A DNA stretch of 64,000 bases from the human T2T-CHM13v2.0 reference genome, Homo sapiens: the NCBI RefSeq assembly GCF_009914755.1, contig NC_060938.1; one strand, 5' to 3'. The position numbers and the translations under genes were made by a program. Position 1 is the first letter of the stretch; each line of letters opens with the position of its first letter. The notes beneath the pieces are model-generated. The model was given only the letters and a program-made list of their open reading frames with translations. It was not told the DNA's origin and made no database searches. Below are positions 40,612-55,600 of this stretch, in pieces.

Positions 40612-41057
40612 CCCACTTCATGCTTAGACAGTGATAAAGTGAGTAGCTGGGGCAAGCCCCCCGACATGTGGATGACTATGGTGGTGGTGATGGTAGGAAT
40701 GGTGCCTTATATTAGTGTACCTTGTACGTTTACACATATTTATTTGATCTACCTCAAGGTAGGTGACCAAGTATTATCAGTCCCTTTTTCCTCATGTAGG
40801 AAGAAACTGAGTGTCAGAGTAATTGAGATGGAGCAGATTCAGACTCAGGACTCCTGTTTCCTGATGGAGTGCACTTTCTGCTAAAGTAATAGCTTTCAAA
40901 CTGTGGTGGGTTGAGGAGCCCCAGAAGCCATCATAATAAGTGAGGGCCAGGGGACTCAAAGACCTACATCCTGCTTCAACTGGAGCATCTCTGCTTTTAT
41001 TTGACGGGTATAGAGGGTTCTGCATGTGGTTTTATTTTATAGAAGGGTCTGATGTTC

Positions 41058-41420
41058 TAACAGTTTGCTACTGCTATGTAACAAACCACTACCAAAAGTT
41101 AGTTAATTATTATTGCCCATGCCTGTGTGGCTTGGCAGGGCTCTGCCAGACTGCTCTGCTGCAGGTGGTGGCTGTGGGGCAGCTGGGATGGCTCTGTTCC
41201 TCAGGCCTGTCACTCTCCTTGGACGGGGGATAGATGGTGCATGTCCTGCACATCTTTCAGGCTTAGACTTGGAACTGGTATACTGTCACTTCCAAAGCAA
41301 GTCGCATGGCTGTGCCCAAAGTCAAGGGGTAGGGAAGAACATTGCTCATAATGAGGCTATGGCAAGGGAATGGACGCAGAGAGGGGTGAAGAACTGGGGA
41401 CAATAATGCAATCTGCAAGT
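41058..41420 (-). mobile_element. MLT1 (I/J-like) MaLR LTR
   Basis: gtttgctactgctatgtaacaaaccac...ttagacttggaactggtatactgtcacttcc...gggtgaagaactggggacaataatgcaatctgc. Confidence 0.7.
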
Positions 41421-42671
41421 CCATGAAAAAATTGTATTATCACTGCTCTGTTTAAATTAGGCTATTAAAGTCCTTCAAGACTTATTTATCCATAAAATCA
41501 AGAGGAAATGGCTGTTGTATTGTAAAAGACAAAGGACTTCTACCCAGAGATAATCAGGTCTGAGGACTGTTGCTTCTGAATGGCTGCCAGTTTGGATTGT
41601 GGTCAGTGTTCTCATCTTTTCACAGCTTTACTCAGGTAGGGTGGATGTATAAGTGTGTGTGTCAGACAGAGAGAGAGGTGCAAAATAGAAGCACGCCTCT
41701 GTCTATCAGCCTTGTCAGCTTCGATCCTTGTTTAGTCTGTGCTTTATCTTCTCCCGTCTGTCAATGATGTCCCCCACCATTTACTGCAGGCGGGTCTATA
41801 GATCCAGTCTCTCCCCTGCCAGTCTCTCTTTGTTTGTTGCCCTGGTGTCACTGCACCTCTGAGCTCTAAGTCTTTACCTTCTGAAAGCCATTCCTAGGAC
41901 AATCATTAAAACCTATGGTAGTTGATAATTTCTGACCCTAGGCTGGCTAATTTGCCTTCATAAACTGTCAGATTCTGCTAAGGTCATTGAATGCTGTCAT
42001 CTTCATAATGTGGTTCAAGCAAAATGGATAAGAGACCAAACAAGGAGAAATCTCCCTAGAACACAGTATGCCAGCATTGCTGTATCTCAACAATTAAAAA
42101 ATGGTGCGGGAGTTACCCAGTAGAATATTTAGTGAGGTGTACTCTATGTGGAGTTCATAAATACAAATGCAAAATATTTAATGCACAGAATCAGAGTTGC
42201 AAAATAAGATTTAATTCTAGAGGATTAGGGAGACAGAACTGACTTAAGGCTGTTTTTCCCAGTAAGCTTAATTACTTGGATGACAATCATTAAACATTGC
42301 AAGTCACCTATCCCAAGTGATCGAAGGGCTTTTCACCAAATGTCTGAGTGAGAAAGTGATTATCTTATAGAACAAACAAGTATGATAAAGGGAAACAATC
42401 AGACAAGTAATTATGATAAAGAAAAACAAGAAAAATGGCACATCCAGCCTGTTTTGTGGGAAGAATCACAGAGGCACTATGTAAGTACGGCTCCTTTATC
42501 TAACAGATCATTTACTAACTATCTGGAGTCAAAGTCAAGTTTATCTACATGCTGAAATCTATTTCCTTCTAATAAGATTCCATCCACTTGGATCTCAGTT
42601 ATGTGGCAATCTTGACATGGAACGTGTCTCGGAATATGGAAGGGCATGAGAAGGCACCAAATCTTCAACCC

Positions 42672-43331
42672 TAGCGCTCGCTCAGGGTTTGATTAGAGAA
42701 GCAGAATCACAGGATTATTTTACAGGATTTCTTCTCTGGATTTGACTTACGCAGCTGTGGGCTCTAATTAAGCAGACAATGGAAAGTTGCTGTGTCTCTC
42801 TCTGATGCTGGGACCTGAGGCCAGCAGGGTAGGCAGTTGGGAAGGGAAAATGGACACGAAGCTGGGGAAGCAAAGACAAATTAGAACCCATGGGGATAAG
42901 CTGGAATCCATCAAGATGGACTGAAACCCACATTGGTCTCTTGCTGCCTTTCAAGGAACTTCCATGATGGAGGCGACTTCCAGGAGAAGCCGACTGCCCT
43001 TCTCCATGGAACTCAGCCTGCATCTGCCCAGGAGTCAGAGGAGGTGAGGGAGGAGATCTGGGAAGGGCTGGACAGGCCCATCTGCTTCCTGCCCCCTCAG
43101 CCTGCTGGTGAGCCAGCAGATAACCCACAAAAGCCTCAACAGCCCCTGGCCCCCCATCAACTTTCAAAGGCACCAATGCAAAAGACTATAGCTACTGCTT
43201 CAGTTCCTTCTTCCAAATGTCATATGAAATGCCTCTTAGGGGTCTATACTAACCCAGAACTGTGCAGGAGAGAGAAATCTGGGAAACACAGTTCCAGCTT
43301 AGCTAGGTTGACTTGCTATAAGTCAACCACA
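42672..43331 (-). mobile_element. ERVL-class solo LTR (LTR40/LTR52/MLT2-like; subfamily uncertain)
   Basis: cagggttttgattagagaagcagaatcac...ctaacccagaactgtgcagg..ctgggaaacacagttccagcttagctaggttgac...caaccaca. Explains ORFs 42715-43176 and 42933-43454. Confidence 0.65.
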
Positions 43332-43871
43332 CCTAGTCTCACTAAGCCCATTTGTCATGTGTGGCCCACTCAGACTGAAAGAATCTTTGTTGGTTCACTG
43401 TTTTATAAGGGCCAGCCTTTACCAGTTTGTCCAGCTAGGGCACTAAGTTCTTAGATGCAGACATCAGTTCTGTATTCCCTGTTAAGGATCTGCTTCCTTA
43501 ATAGGAATCTTTAAACTCCTGAATTTGTAATGACACATTCAAAAGCATTATTTGAGACTAAGCAGTAATAGTGTATGGCAAGCTGGACTTACAGTCCTGT
43601 GTGATGTAGAGATACCTAAACATAAATGGGCATGGATATTGTACACACATATGTGATGCAAATAATATACAAATATTGACATAGGATGATCTAGAGTTGA
43701 TACCAGACAGTCCTCATCAGTGCACTGATGAAACCCCAGAAGAAAAGAGGTTTAGCCAGCAAGTTAACCCATGCTGATGAGCATCTACCATGTGGCAGGT
43801 AGCTTCTAGAGGTGCAGGGGATACAACAGTTAATGGTACAGTGTCAGCCGTGAGGCTCTTACATTGTTTTC

Positions 43872-44105
43872 CAGGTTTTCTCAACCATGACATCATTGGC
43901 ATTTTCTGTTGGGTAATTCTCTGTTGTATGCATCTGTCCTGGGCATTTTAGGATGTTTAACAGTGTTCCTGGCCTTTGCCTACTAGATGCTGGTATTCCT
44001 CCCTCTCTTCATCCCCATCCCCGCTGCAGTTGAGATCATAAAAAATGTCATTAATCATTGCCAAGTGTCACATGGGGCAAAATCATCCTCAGTTGAGAAC
44101 CTGTG
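43872..44105. mobile_element. MER20
   Basis: ttttctcaaccatgacatcattggcatttt...gggcattttaggatgtttaacagtgttcctggcctttgcctactagatgc...aaatcatcctcagttgagaacc. Confidence 0.85.
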
Positions 44106-44164
44106 TTTCAGAAGAGACAGAAAAATACCACTGAGATACTTTCAGATGCTAATAGGTGCTCTTA

Positions 44165-44581
<417 letters not shown>

Positions 44582-44698
44582 TCAGAGATCTGGGGACAAA
44601 ATGCATCAAGCAAAATGAAGAGCCAGTGCCCAGGTCCTGGAGGGGAACAAATGTGGCATGTTGAAATAGCAAAAAGGCTGGGAGACTTGCAGCATGGG

Positions 44699-45101
44699 TG
44701 ATATGGTTTGGGTGTTTGTCCCCTCCAAATCTCATATTGAAATGTGATTCCCAACGTTGGAGGTGGGGGCTGGTGGGAGGTGTTTGGATCATGAGAGGAG
44801 ATCCCTCATGAATGTCTTGGTGTCCTCCCTGAGGTCATGAGTTCACACAGCATCTGGTTGTTTAAAAGACCTGGGATCTCCCGTTCTCTCTCTTGCTCCA
44901 GCTCTCCCCATGTGATGCATTGGCTCCCCCCCACCCTTCACCTTTCACCATGATTGTAGCTTCCTGAGGCCTCAACAGAAGCAGATATTGGCACCGTGCT
45001 TTGTGTACAGCCTGCAGAACTGTGAGCCAATTAAACCTCTTTTCTTTATAGATGACCCGGTCTCAGGAATTCCTTTATAACAATGCAAAAGGACTAACAC
45101 A
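44699..45101 (+). mobile_element. MSTB-like MaLR solo LTR
   Basis: tgatatggtttgggtgtttgtcccctccaaatctcatattgaaatgtga...cagcctgcagaactgtgagccaattaaacctct...ggactaacaca. Confidence 0.92.
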
Positions 45102-45324
45102 GCAGGTGAGGAAGGGAAGAGAGGAGGGCATGGGGTAGGGAAGGACAGCCACAACATGGGGGACCTTGTGCATGGGTCATGGTGCACGATCTACATTTAA
45201 CTCTGGCTACTCAGGGCAGTCATGGGAGAGATGTGATCGGGGAGTGATGCAATCTGATTTATGCCTTAAAAGGACCACGCTGGCTACTATGTGGTGGATG
45301 CACAAACAGCTCTTCCCCTTCTGC

Positions 45325-45502
45325 CTCCTTTGCCTTGTGACCCACAAGGACCCATGATACCCACCTGCAGCTGGCTGTTGCCATCTATTCGGAGTTGTCA
45401 ACTAATAACAGACAATCTCCTCTGCCCTGTGACCCACAGGGACCCATGATACTCACCTGCAGCTAGCTCTTTCCATCTATCCAAAGTTATCAACTAATAG
45501 TA
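45325..45502. repeat. Diverged two-copy tandem duplication, 92-bp period
   Basis: ctcc..tgcc.tgtgacccaca.ggacccatgatac.cacctgcagct.gct...ccatctat....agtt.tcaactaata begins at 45325 and again at 45417. Confidence 0.9.
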
Positions 45503-47979
45503 GTCTCTGTGCCTACAAATGATTAAAATTGGGCTTGAAAATATGGCACCATTATCATCAGCATTTCTTGAGCGCTGGCCACTTGTTTCTGGTGCTCGTG
45601 TGTGTACATGAACATCCTTGCTGTGAGTGCTGGGCCCCACCCTCACTGCCATTTAAAAAAAAAAACAACAAAAAACAGGTGTCTGCAGCCTCTGGTGAAC
45701 ATCAGCTTCTCCGTAAGGCTATAATGGGAGACACCTTCATAGATTTTGAGTTCGGCTAAAATACCCTCCTGTCCAGTTACTACCTATAATGCTCTTTTCC
45801 CTTGGATCAGAAAGCCTTTTCTCTGTGGATTATTTCCCTCCATCTATACCCCACATTACTACCCCATGCCTTCATAAGGTTTTACTCTTTACTGGCGTTA
45901 TGTCCATTTATATTTGAATTACACAAGCATGACCATTCATGCTCTTTACTCATAGAAGGGCACCCTGCCCTTCCTGGAAAAATGATTTACTTTCATATTG
46001 GATACCATTTGAATATACCCAGCTGTCTGCGTGGAAATAGAGAAGTAGACAGAAAGAAGCCTCCTGCTACAGCCTAGGAGCAGAACAGTAAACCCAGGTT
46101 TCCAAAATATCTTTCTGAGGTCATTACAGGGTCATAGCCCTGGACAGCACTATTCCTAAGTCATCCTGAGGCATTCTTTGTGTGACAGGCCCAATGGCAT
46201 GGCAATGGATTTCATAATGAAAATAATGAAACATTGAGATAAAAAGTTAATTTCTTCCTGGAAGAGTCTATTTAATAATGCAGGAAAATGTTACACTTTT
46301 TAGTTATACTTAATTATAAAATGCTAGAAAAATAGGAGTGGTTTTGGTGTTGAAAGAGTTATTTATCTGAGAGAACTATGAATTATCCAGAATGCTTCTC
46401 TAAAGTTTCCTTTTTCCCAAAATTTTATTATTTGGCATAATTTCAGTGGAATCTTCCAAAAGACATTAGTCCATTCTTTTGCTTCAGTGCATGTTTTTTT
46501 GGATAGATATTATCTATTTTTGTGTAGTGTTGTAAGGTTTCCAGGATACGTAAAAGTTGGAGGATATATGGTTGGTGCAAAATAATTCCGTAGAGTAATG
46601 AGATTGAATTGGGGGAGGTGGTTTAAGGAATACAAATTCAGTTTGCCTAAATAGATGTAAAAAGGAAGGGAAGGAATAACATCTGAAGCTAAGGAAGGAA
46701 ACTTTTGGGCTGGAGCATGACTAGATAGGAGTCGGGTAGAGCTTTTTAACACAGTTGAAGATAGCTGTGGACGTAGATCATGGGCAAAACTGGTAATGTG
46801 AGGATTTAGGAAGCACGTTTTTAAGCTACTGTTGAGTTTCATAGGAAACCATACCCCACTGGTCATAAGAGACATTCACCAATAGTTTTCCATGGGCCTT
46901 TTGTGCTAGTGGTAGTTTTGTTGGGGGCAGGATTTACAAAAATGACCATGCATTTGAAAGGTCAATGATGAAGGTAAGTTTGAGAATGAATTTTCCATGA
47001 ATGTCCTGCAAGTTTTATTCTTTCTGTGAACAGCTTGAATTTTCATTTGGTTTGAAGATTAGGAAAATAACAGTCATATATACTCACAGATCAAATTCAA
47101 GTACTGATTTTAGCCATCTATGAGCAAAGGCCATTCTTGGTGTTAGACATGAAACAAACGAGAGAGAAAGAAGGAAAGAGAGAGAGAAAGATGTGATGGA
47201 CTGCCTTGGTTCTCATAATTTAGAAGTGAGACTATAGGTATATGCACAAGGAGCTCTGATGTGAAACATGGATATCATATATGTCCTAATGGAAATGCAC
47301 AAATATCCTAATGGGCTTAGGAAGATTTCTAGAAGGATAGGGATTCCAATCTGGTTTAAAAGAAAAGCCTGAAACCTTGGCAAATGAAGTCAGCAAGGAT
47401 ATTCCGGTAGCAGAATGAGCCTGGGCAAAGGTGAGGAGTGGAGTGTTGCCTATTTTGTTTTGTGAGGATGATAGATTCCTGTAACTGGAGCTGCGGAGGA
47501 AGTAGATGTATTGGAGATTGTCCTTGAAAGTATCCAGACTGACTCAGACAGCAATTGTGAAGTTCTTGCTGATAGATTTGTACTGTATTTTCCATGCAAT
47601 GCAAGATCCATTAGAGGGATTTGAGTAGGAGATTGTCATGGAATATTTAGAGGATATAATTCAGATTTAAACCATGGAATATTTTCCTTGATACTATTAA
47701 GGAATGATAGATTCTTTGAGCTAAAAGGAGCACTAGAGATTATCTATTGAGGTAGTTTCCAAATATTGTTTTAGCACAGTGGAAACCTTCTTTCAAATGA
47801 CATCTTACACAAATGCCCCAGCTACAAAACAGATAGAAGAGCAGTTCTTGTGGAATCATGATGGGAAGAGTCTTGATTTGCTGCTTTCTGTTTCTTCATT
47901 CCTGTAGCAATCCCTGAGGTACCTCTGTAGAAAGCACAAAATCATGGAACAACCTGCCGTTTTAAAGATGAGTAACTCA

Positions 47980-48465
47980 AAAGAAATGAAAACATATTAT
48001 GAAACCACACATACCATAACATCACCAGCAGCCTTATTCATAATAACTGAAAAGCAGGATACCACCCAAATGTTTAACAGGAGAACGGATAAACTGCGTT
48101 GTGTTCATACAGTGGAATAGTTCTCAGATGTGCAAAGAACAACTTACTGATTCATGCAATGGCATACATGAATCTCAGAAATATTAAGTAAAAGAAGCAT
48201 GACCCTTGGATTTCATTTATATGATACACAAGAACATGTAAAACGAATCTAGGGGGAAAGAAATTAGGAAGTGATGGCCTGGGTGGCAGGGAGGAGAACT
48301 GATTCAAAAGGAGCACAAGAGAACTTTCTGGGATGTTGGAAATCTTCTCTATCTTATTTTGCGGGATGGTTACATTTGTGTATTCCGTTGTCAAAACTCA
48401 TCACGTGGAACACCTAAGGTGTGTATTTTATTGTATGTTAATTGTATCTTAATGAATAAAAGTTG
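47980..48465 (+). mobile_element. Old L1M (MB/ME-like) 3' UTR
   Basis: aaagaaatgaaaacat...gcagccttattcataataactgaaa...ggataaactgcgttgtgttcatacagtgga...gtcaaaactcatc...tattgtatgttaattgtatcttaat. Confidence 0.8.
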
Positions 48466-49372
48466 AGTTTGAAGATTCTTGGAGGGAGATTTGCTCAGTT
48501 CCCATAGCTAGGCATGAGAAAGACTAGCAGCTAGAACTTAGGTTTACAGGATTCCTGGTCCAGCTCTTTTAACCGCATCTCTCTCCCTCAGAGTCATCCT
48601 CCTCTTCACCAACACAGCATCAAGGCTGGCTTCTCCCTCCCTGGACATCCTCTTCCCTGCTCAAACCCCACCGTGGCTGTGAAGTATTAACTTGACGACA
48701 CTGTGCTCTTTGACTCAGCTTTTAAACTTTCCTCCAGTGAAACCAGAACTGGCAAACACAGCTACACTTTTCTTGTACCATGCTTTACCTGTATTGCCAA
48801 CCTGCTGATAAATGGCTCCATTCCATAGCCTTGAGGGTCTTGAATAGCTTAAACATTTTATAGTTCCATGGGAATGAGACAGGGGAGAAGACACCAGTGG
48901 CTTCCATTGTAGGCCTGTCTACACTGAAGGAATGCCAACTGCCCACACACACTTGTTGTTAGATGGCCTGGAGGCTCATCTGCACAGACGTGCAGTTTAA
49001 CTCCATTAGGGATCACAGAGTGATCACACACTGTGCTGTGCTCTTTGGTATATATATGAAAAGCATCGCTAAGAGAATGGGAGAGGTGGTGAGAGTTTAT
49101 TGCTGCCTTCTTTCTCATGGAAGCATTGGACAGCAGGGCAGCCCTAGTGAATTGTTGACTGCTCCATAAGAATATCTTGCTCATTTAACCTCTTCTGTAC
49201 TAGGTCTTCTGCCTGGAGAGTCCTGGGCTACACTGCCCATCCCCAGTATCCCATGTATTCATGTCAGATTCTTGCAGTCTCCTGAGGATCTTTCAAGGAC
49301 TGGAACTGCATCTTCACCATCTTTGTGTTCCCAGTGTCTGCAACGGTGCCTTATTCTAGAAAAGAACATCTT

Positions 49373-49577
49373 AACTGGGAGCTGTTTTGCCAGGACCATC
49401 ATCAAAAATGTCTGAAGATGTTTTTGGTTGTCAAAACTGGGGACAGGGTGCTACTGGCATCTGGTGGATAGGGGCCAGGGATATTGCTTATCTTCCTACA
49501 GTGTACAAGACAGTTCCCCATAACAAAAAATTACCCCACCCAAAATGTCAGTAGTGCCAAGATCGAGAAGCCCTTCT
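49373..49577. mobile_element. MER20
   Basis: aaatgtctgaagatgtttttggttgtcaaaactgggg..gtgctactggcatctggtggataggggccagggatattgct...aaatgtcagtagtgccaagatcgagaagccc. Confidence 0.88.
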
Positions 49578-50418
49578 CTAGATTATACTTTATTGTATAG
49601 AAGATAATAGATCAACCACATCCTCAAGGCTGGGACCAATGCTTTGCATTATGATGGGTGTCTTGGTTTCTTTTATTTCCACTCTTGATTCTCTAAGCAT
49701 CATATTCAAGCTCTGAGATGAGGTGTATCTGACTGGGTCAGGTAGCCACTGAGCAAACTGGAATAGGCCTTTCTGCAGAGTTTGAACCCAAGTCAATGTT
49801 GCCTCGACTCAAGCTCAGATACCTCATCTAATCATCAGTAGCCATAGTAATAGTAGCCCTTAGCACAGACCACTGATATCTACTGCTTAGAAGGGGTTTG
49901 TGGGGGTAGAAAATGAGGTTATATTAAGTTTACTTGCCCAAAGTCACACAGCCAGTATGTTTTGGAGCCAGATTCAAACCCAGGTTGTCTGAAGGCTCCA
50001 AAAGTCATCATTTATCACTGTATATTTTCTTCTTAGCTTTCTTGCATTTCCTTTAATGTTCCCATCTCTCCCTAGTGAAACTGATTTCCCTCACCAGGAG
50101 GTTCTCTAGGAATTTTGGTCCAGGGCTTAGATTCTTAAATAAGAGCAGGGACATCACCATGTTTGTTATACGCTGTCATTTCACCTCCTCTGTTCTGAAT
50201 CAGAATGAGGCCAGCACTCTGGGTTCTAAGTTATCGTTTTTTTTTTTTTTTTCCATTCTATATACTCCCTAAGAATCTTTTTTATGCTTAAGGTACAAGT
50301 TTAAATATGGAAAAAAAAATCTAGATTGAAATGAAAAGCCAGACATTTCCTAGTTATATCACTAATTAACTGTGTTACTAGTGATAAGCTGCTTATAAAT
50401 CTTTCATCATTAAGATAA

Positions 50419-50826
<408 letters not shown>

Positions 50827-52940
50827 TAAGAAAGAATCGTCCTAAAGTAGGAAAGGCAAGATTTGATGAAGTTGGTAGAAATCAAGAAGCACAGTTTTGT
50901 AAGCTTTGCTTGGGTGTGGATTGGGAAGCTATTTCTTATTTCTCCAAGAGTGTTTAGCTTCTCAGACAATTTCTGCCTCAGTTTCCCCATATTTTAATGG
51001 GGGGACCAAACACAGCATGGTCATGCATGACATGTGACCGTAATGAAAGTGTGACTAGCACATTGGAAACCTGGTGTGGCAGAAATCACACTTAGAATCA
51101 GGTCAATTAGGAGTCACCTTAGTTTTCTTATTGAAAATTATGTGTAATGCTGAAAAATTAATAAGAGAGTTCCTTAAAATAACAGACTGAATTTCGAAGT
51201 TTAGGTGATAATTATTTTCCGAAGTCTGACCTGCCCAAGACCTTATATAAGCACGTTATGGAAAGCAAGAGTGGTATATCTTTACTAATAAATAAGTATT
51301 TCTCCAAACTTTGAAAAACATTCTGAAGCTTCAGGTTAAAAATATGTAAATGGAAATGCCCTCCACTTGACTGTATCACAGCTGTTCCCTGTCCCTCATT
51401 TGCTGAAGGACTGAGTACACCCCAAACTGGTCAGAGCATGATGACTTTCAGTAATGACCTAAATGACCTTAAAATATCAGTAAGTGACAGAGTATTCGAA
51501 GTCACAGTCTATAACATTCGCTTAGAATTTCCCCTTAAGCTGCTGGCTGAAGCACTAATTAAGATCTGAAATGGAAGGTAGGTGACAGATGCTTTGTGTC
51601 CTGCAGCAGAGGCACAGAATGCTGTTCTTTCACTTACTGTTTAATAATAATAATAACAGCCATTTAATCTGTTTGCTGATACAGTCTCCTTTGCTTTATT
51701 ATGTTGTTTATTTTGTGTGAGCTTTCGATATTAGTTATAAAAATGTCACTGTGTCTGCAGCTGCATTTTTCATTTTAGAAACTCCCAGAGATCTCATCAA
51801 TTTAACCTGCCTTGTACAGTTCGCAGGAAACCACTACAGGCAAAGATAGGCTTAATCAAGGTTTTTTCTTAATAACGAACACAATACACAGGAAAGCAGG
51901 GCAACGAATGAGCCTTTGATTCTAGGTAAAGACTTATTATGTGAAAATCTATATTTAAATTAGGGGCTTTTTGCTAGGATTCTTAACTGCACAAGACAAA
52001 TTACTGTAGGATGTCTCTAAACAGCAAGTGTGTCTTAGGCATTTGAAATATAATTTAATCTATTAACAGTTTACCCTAGATTTTAAGCCATTCATTGTTG
52101 GCGAACACAATCTAGATTCTTTAAAATAAAAATAGAAAAGCATTTGCAGTAACTGGCCATTATTATAGCTATAGAAATCAAAGGTATTTCTTGTATAAAT
52201 TTTGAATTATATATTGTTTATCTCTCCTTAATAACTTTCACTATAGAAAGAGCTCTCTTTCTTGCTCAATTTACATAAAAGTATCTGGAACAGTTCAGTG
52301 ACAACAGTGTTGGAAATTAAGGACTGACTTGAGACTGAAGCTCCCTCCATAACTCCCATGCCCTTCTCCAGTACTAAGTAGTATAAAGGCCAAAAGTCAG
52401 ATAAACAACATAAGAGAAGGTGGCAGTGCTAGAGATGGGGATGAGGCTGTTTCATATAATGGAAGGACACCAGTTGACATTTTCCAAAGATTTTCCATTA
52501 TAATCTTTTGCAAAGGTTCTCTTTCACTAGTTAACAAATATAAAAGATGCCAACTCCCACCAGACTCCAGATGCTTGTAATAGAATTAGAAGGCCCTCCA
52601 ACCTTTCTTTCCAGGGGTCCTGAGGGGGACGTCTTTGTTGGCACCCCAAGCCTGAGTCACTCCTAGCACCTCAGGAAAGCATGTGTTGTGTGGCTTCAAG
52701 GATAGGCATCCTAGGAGATTTTACCACCTATCCAGGTGCCCTGGCTGGGTGAAAACTGTGCATCTTATGCTTCCTCAATAGTGCTGTGAGAATGCTCCAC
52801 TGCCAGTTTGAGGTATCAGGTTTGGGTTTTCAGGATTGCAAGACTGCTGTGCTGTGCGTGTACTGGTGAGTTGGCTCCCTGCCTTTCCCAGCACCCCCAT
52901 GCCTCCTTCTTCACATCCCCTTTCAAGTAGAATAGGGAAC

Positions 52941-53580
52941 TGATAACCCAACCAGGCCCCTTATTCCCATCAGATAGCAAGCTAATCACTGAGACAACAA
53001 GCTTTGCAGTAGAGAAAAGATTTTATTCACCAGGCAGCCAAGCAAGGAGACAGGAGAATAGATCTCAAATCTGCCTCCTCAAAGATGAGGTTTAGGAATA
53101 TTTATGGAATAAAGAAGCAGTGTGGTCTATTGTGGGGGGAAAGGTGATTGGAGGTGGGGGAAAGGTGATTGGAGGTAAGAAAAAGGGAGGTAATTGGTGA
53201 TCTGCACAGACATAGTCAAAATTCATGGCTCTTCATAGGATGTATGTTCATGAAATGGCATTGTTAGCATGATCTGAGGGTGGAGTTTTTGTCCTCTGAT
53301 GTCAAAAGTCAACCAACAGACATTCATACAGGCCTAGTTGATGGGTTGGTGGTCTCAGCCAGTTTGAACTGGGTAAGAACTGACCTCAAGTTCCTATAAA
53401 ACAATGTAAGCAACTGTTACCATGATGACCTATACATTAGAGATGTTACCTATGAGGAAGCTAGTGAGAGTTTAGATACTTTTAGGTATATAGGTTTTAA
53501 GATCAACTAGAAGTAAGCAACTAAAAGCAAGTGAGGCAGGTTAAGTTTGTCAGGCCTAATCAGGTTAGCCCTCGCTTTCA
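52941..53580 (-). mobile_element. ERV1-class solo LTR (MER4/LOR1 group; subfamily uncertain)
   Basis: TG...CA termini, 640 bp long. agattttattcaccaggcagccaagcaaggagacaggagaatagatctcaaatctgcctcc. Internal 21-bp tandem gggggaaaggtgattggaggt. Confidence 0.7.
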
Positions 53581-55111
53581 GAGTCATCTGCCCAAGTACA
53601 GTAAACAGATCCAGCTACTACTTAGATACTTTGAGAAGTTTAGGGTTGGGCTCTTTCTTCTTAGCTTTCCCCTTCATAGAGGAAAGTCCACATTTACTTC
53701 ACATGCTAACTTGTTTGCTGTTAGTAGAAATCTGCGGGAAGTTTGCCAGAGAAGGGTAGCCTTTGGGGATTGGCCAACCAGCTAGCAGGGACCTCTGCTG
53801 TGAGTGGCCCATGCTGTCTGGGCAGCTCTGTTAGGTAAAGGAGAAAGCCATTTGGCTTGTGTAGACTGCAGCTCTGCAGGAACCTCTCCCCACCATCTCT
53901 AGCCACCACCTCCAGAGTACAGTAAATTGTAGACTTAGATTTGCTGTTTCCAGCATAGATGTCTTACACTTTCTAGAGGGTTCCCTCTGCTCACATAGAG
54001 CCGTTGGTTAAGTGGTGGTGCTCATTTTCCATGCCCTGCTGGCTAGTCCTTGGACATTGTGAGCATTTTTGTCTCCAATGCCACTGAATTCCTTAAGGCC
54101 TTTTGGGTGGGTGCTAAATATTTAGGCAACTCTTACTAAGAAAATAGAAAACACTTGAGTTCTCTGTTTTGCATGTGGCTATCTTTACATCAGAGCCTTG
54201 GAAGTGGTCAACTGTATGTAGCCAATTTCATGAGGCTGTTTTAACTGGGAGGACATTGTCACCTGGCTGGGCTTATACAGCTGAGTCAATAAGGAAAACG
54301 CAGCTTTTGTTGGCTTGCTTACCTTTTAAATCAGTAAGTAATGCACAAAATGGGTCCCTCACCACCACTACTTCCTTTAAACCTCATCCCCAACTCCACA
54401 TCCCATCATCATCTCTCATCTCATCTCGCAGCTTTAGCTGATCCCATGGTGGGGAACTGGGGAGGCATGAGGTTGGGGGTATATGTGTGTATCATATATT
54501 ACTTGGGAGAAAAAAAATTGTTTTAGGTTTTATTACAAAGCACCCAAGTTAAAAGAGCAGTGTTAAAATTGTCTTATCAAAATATCCCGTACCATTGCAT
54601 TTTCCTGTTTAAAGAGACTGCCATAAACTCTAGGGGCTACCCAAGTGAGGAGACGAGATTATGATTAACAATCAAAGTGATGGGGAAAGTTATAAAAATA
54701 GGAAAAAAATATTTAGATATAAAGTCACTGACCTATGAAACCACCTTGCAAATGGTAGGCAAAAGAAGTAGTATTACTGAAAAAGTATGAATTGTTACCT
54801 TTACTCTGAAATTAGTATGTAAAGGAGCACTTTGTTTACTGCACTAAATCTTTGTCTCCAGTTTTTAAATTATGAGATTTATATTGCCTAAGTATAGACT
54901 GAATACATTTTAATATTTAATTGTTTTTTCTCAAACTATGGTTTGAAAAACAAGATAATTCTTAAGCTGGGTTTCATTACTTTGAAAACTAACAGTGTTT
55001 TCTAAGAGAACACGTTACTGATTTAAAAATGTAAAGTAATAAAAATAGTATTCACATAAAGTTTCAGTAGAGTTTTAGCACAGAACACAATTAACCAGGG
55101 CTTAAAAAAAA

Positions 55112-55600
55112 CCATTTAATTTTGAGGCAATTGTAGTTATTTCTTGCAGTTGCAAGAAATAACACAGAGTTCTAGCGTTAGCATTTACCCTGTTCCCTCA
55201 ATGGTACTATCTTGTAAAGCTATAGTACAATATCCCAACCAGAATATTGACATTTTATAGTTAAGATACAGGACAGTTCCATTAACACAAAGATCCTCTG
55301 TTACCCCTTTATAACTACAACCCCTCATTCCCATCCCTGACCCCTGGCAACTCCTAATTTGTTCTCTGTTTCTATAACTTATCACTTAAAGAATGCCACA
55401 TAAATGGGATCATATAATATGTAACCTTTGAGATTTTTTTTTCCCTCAGCATAATTGCCCAAGATTCATCCAAGTTGTTGCACGTATCAAGGGCTTGTTC
55501 CTTTTTATTACTGAGTAGCGTTCTGTGGTATGGATAGACCACAGTTTAAACATTTGAATGACATCTGTGCTGTTTCCAAATTTTTGCTTATTATAAAAAA
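55112..55600 (-). mobile_element. Old L1M (MB/MC-like) 3' UTR
   Basis: gcagttgcaagaaataacacagag...tagtacaatatcccaaccagaatattgacatt...ccctggcaactcctaatttgttctc...agattcatccaagttgttgc. Confidence 0.8.

Noticed and set aside
42715-43454. Longest ORFs in the track (153 aa and 173 aa)
   Set aside because: Both lie largely within an ERVL-type LTR, overlap on opposite strands and show no recognisable domain.
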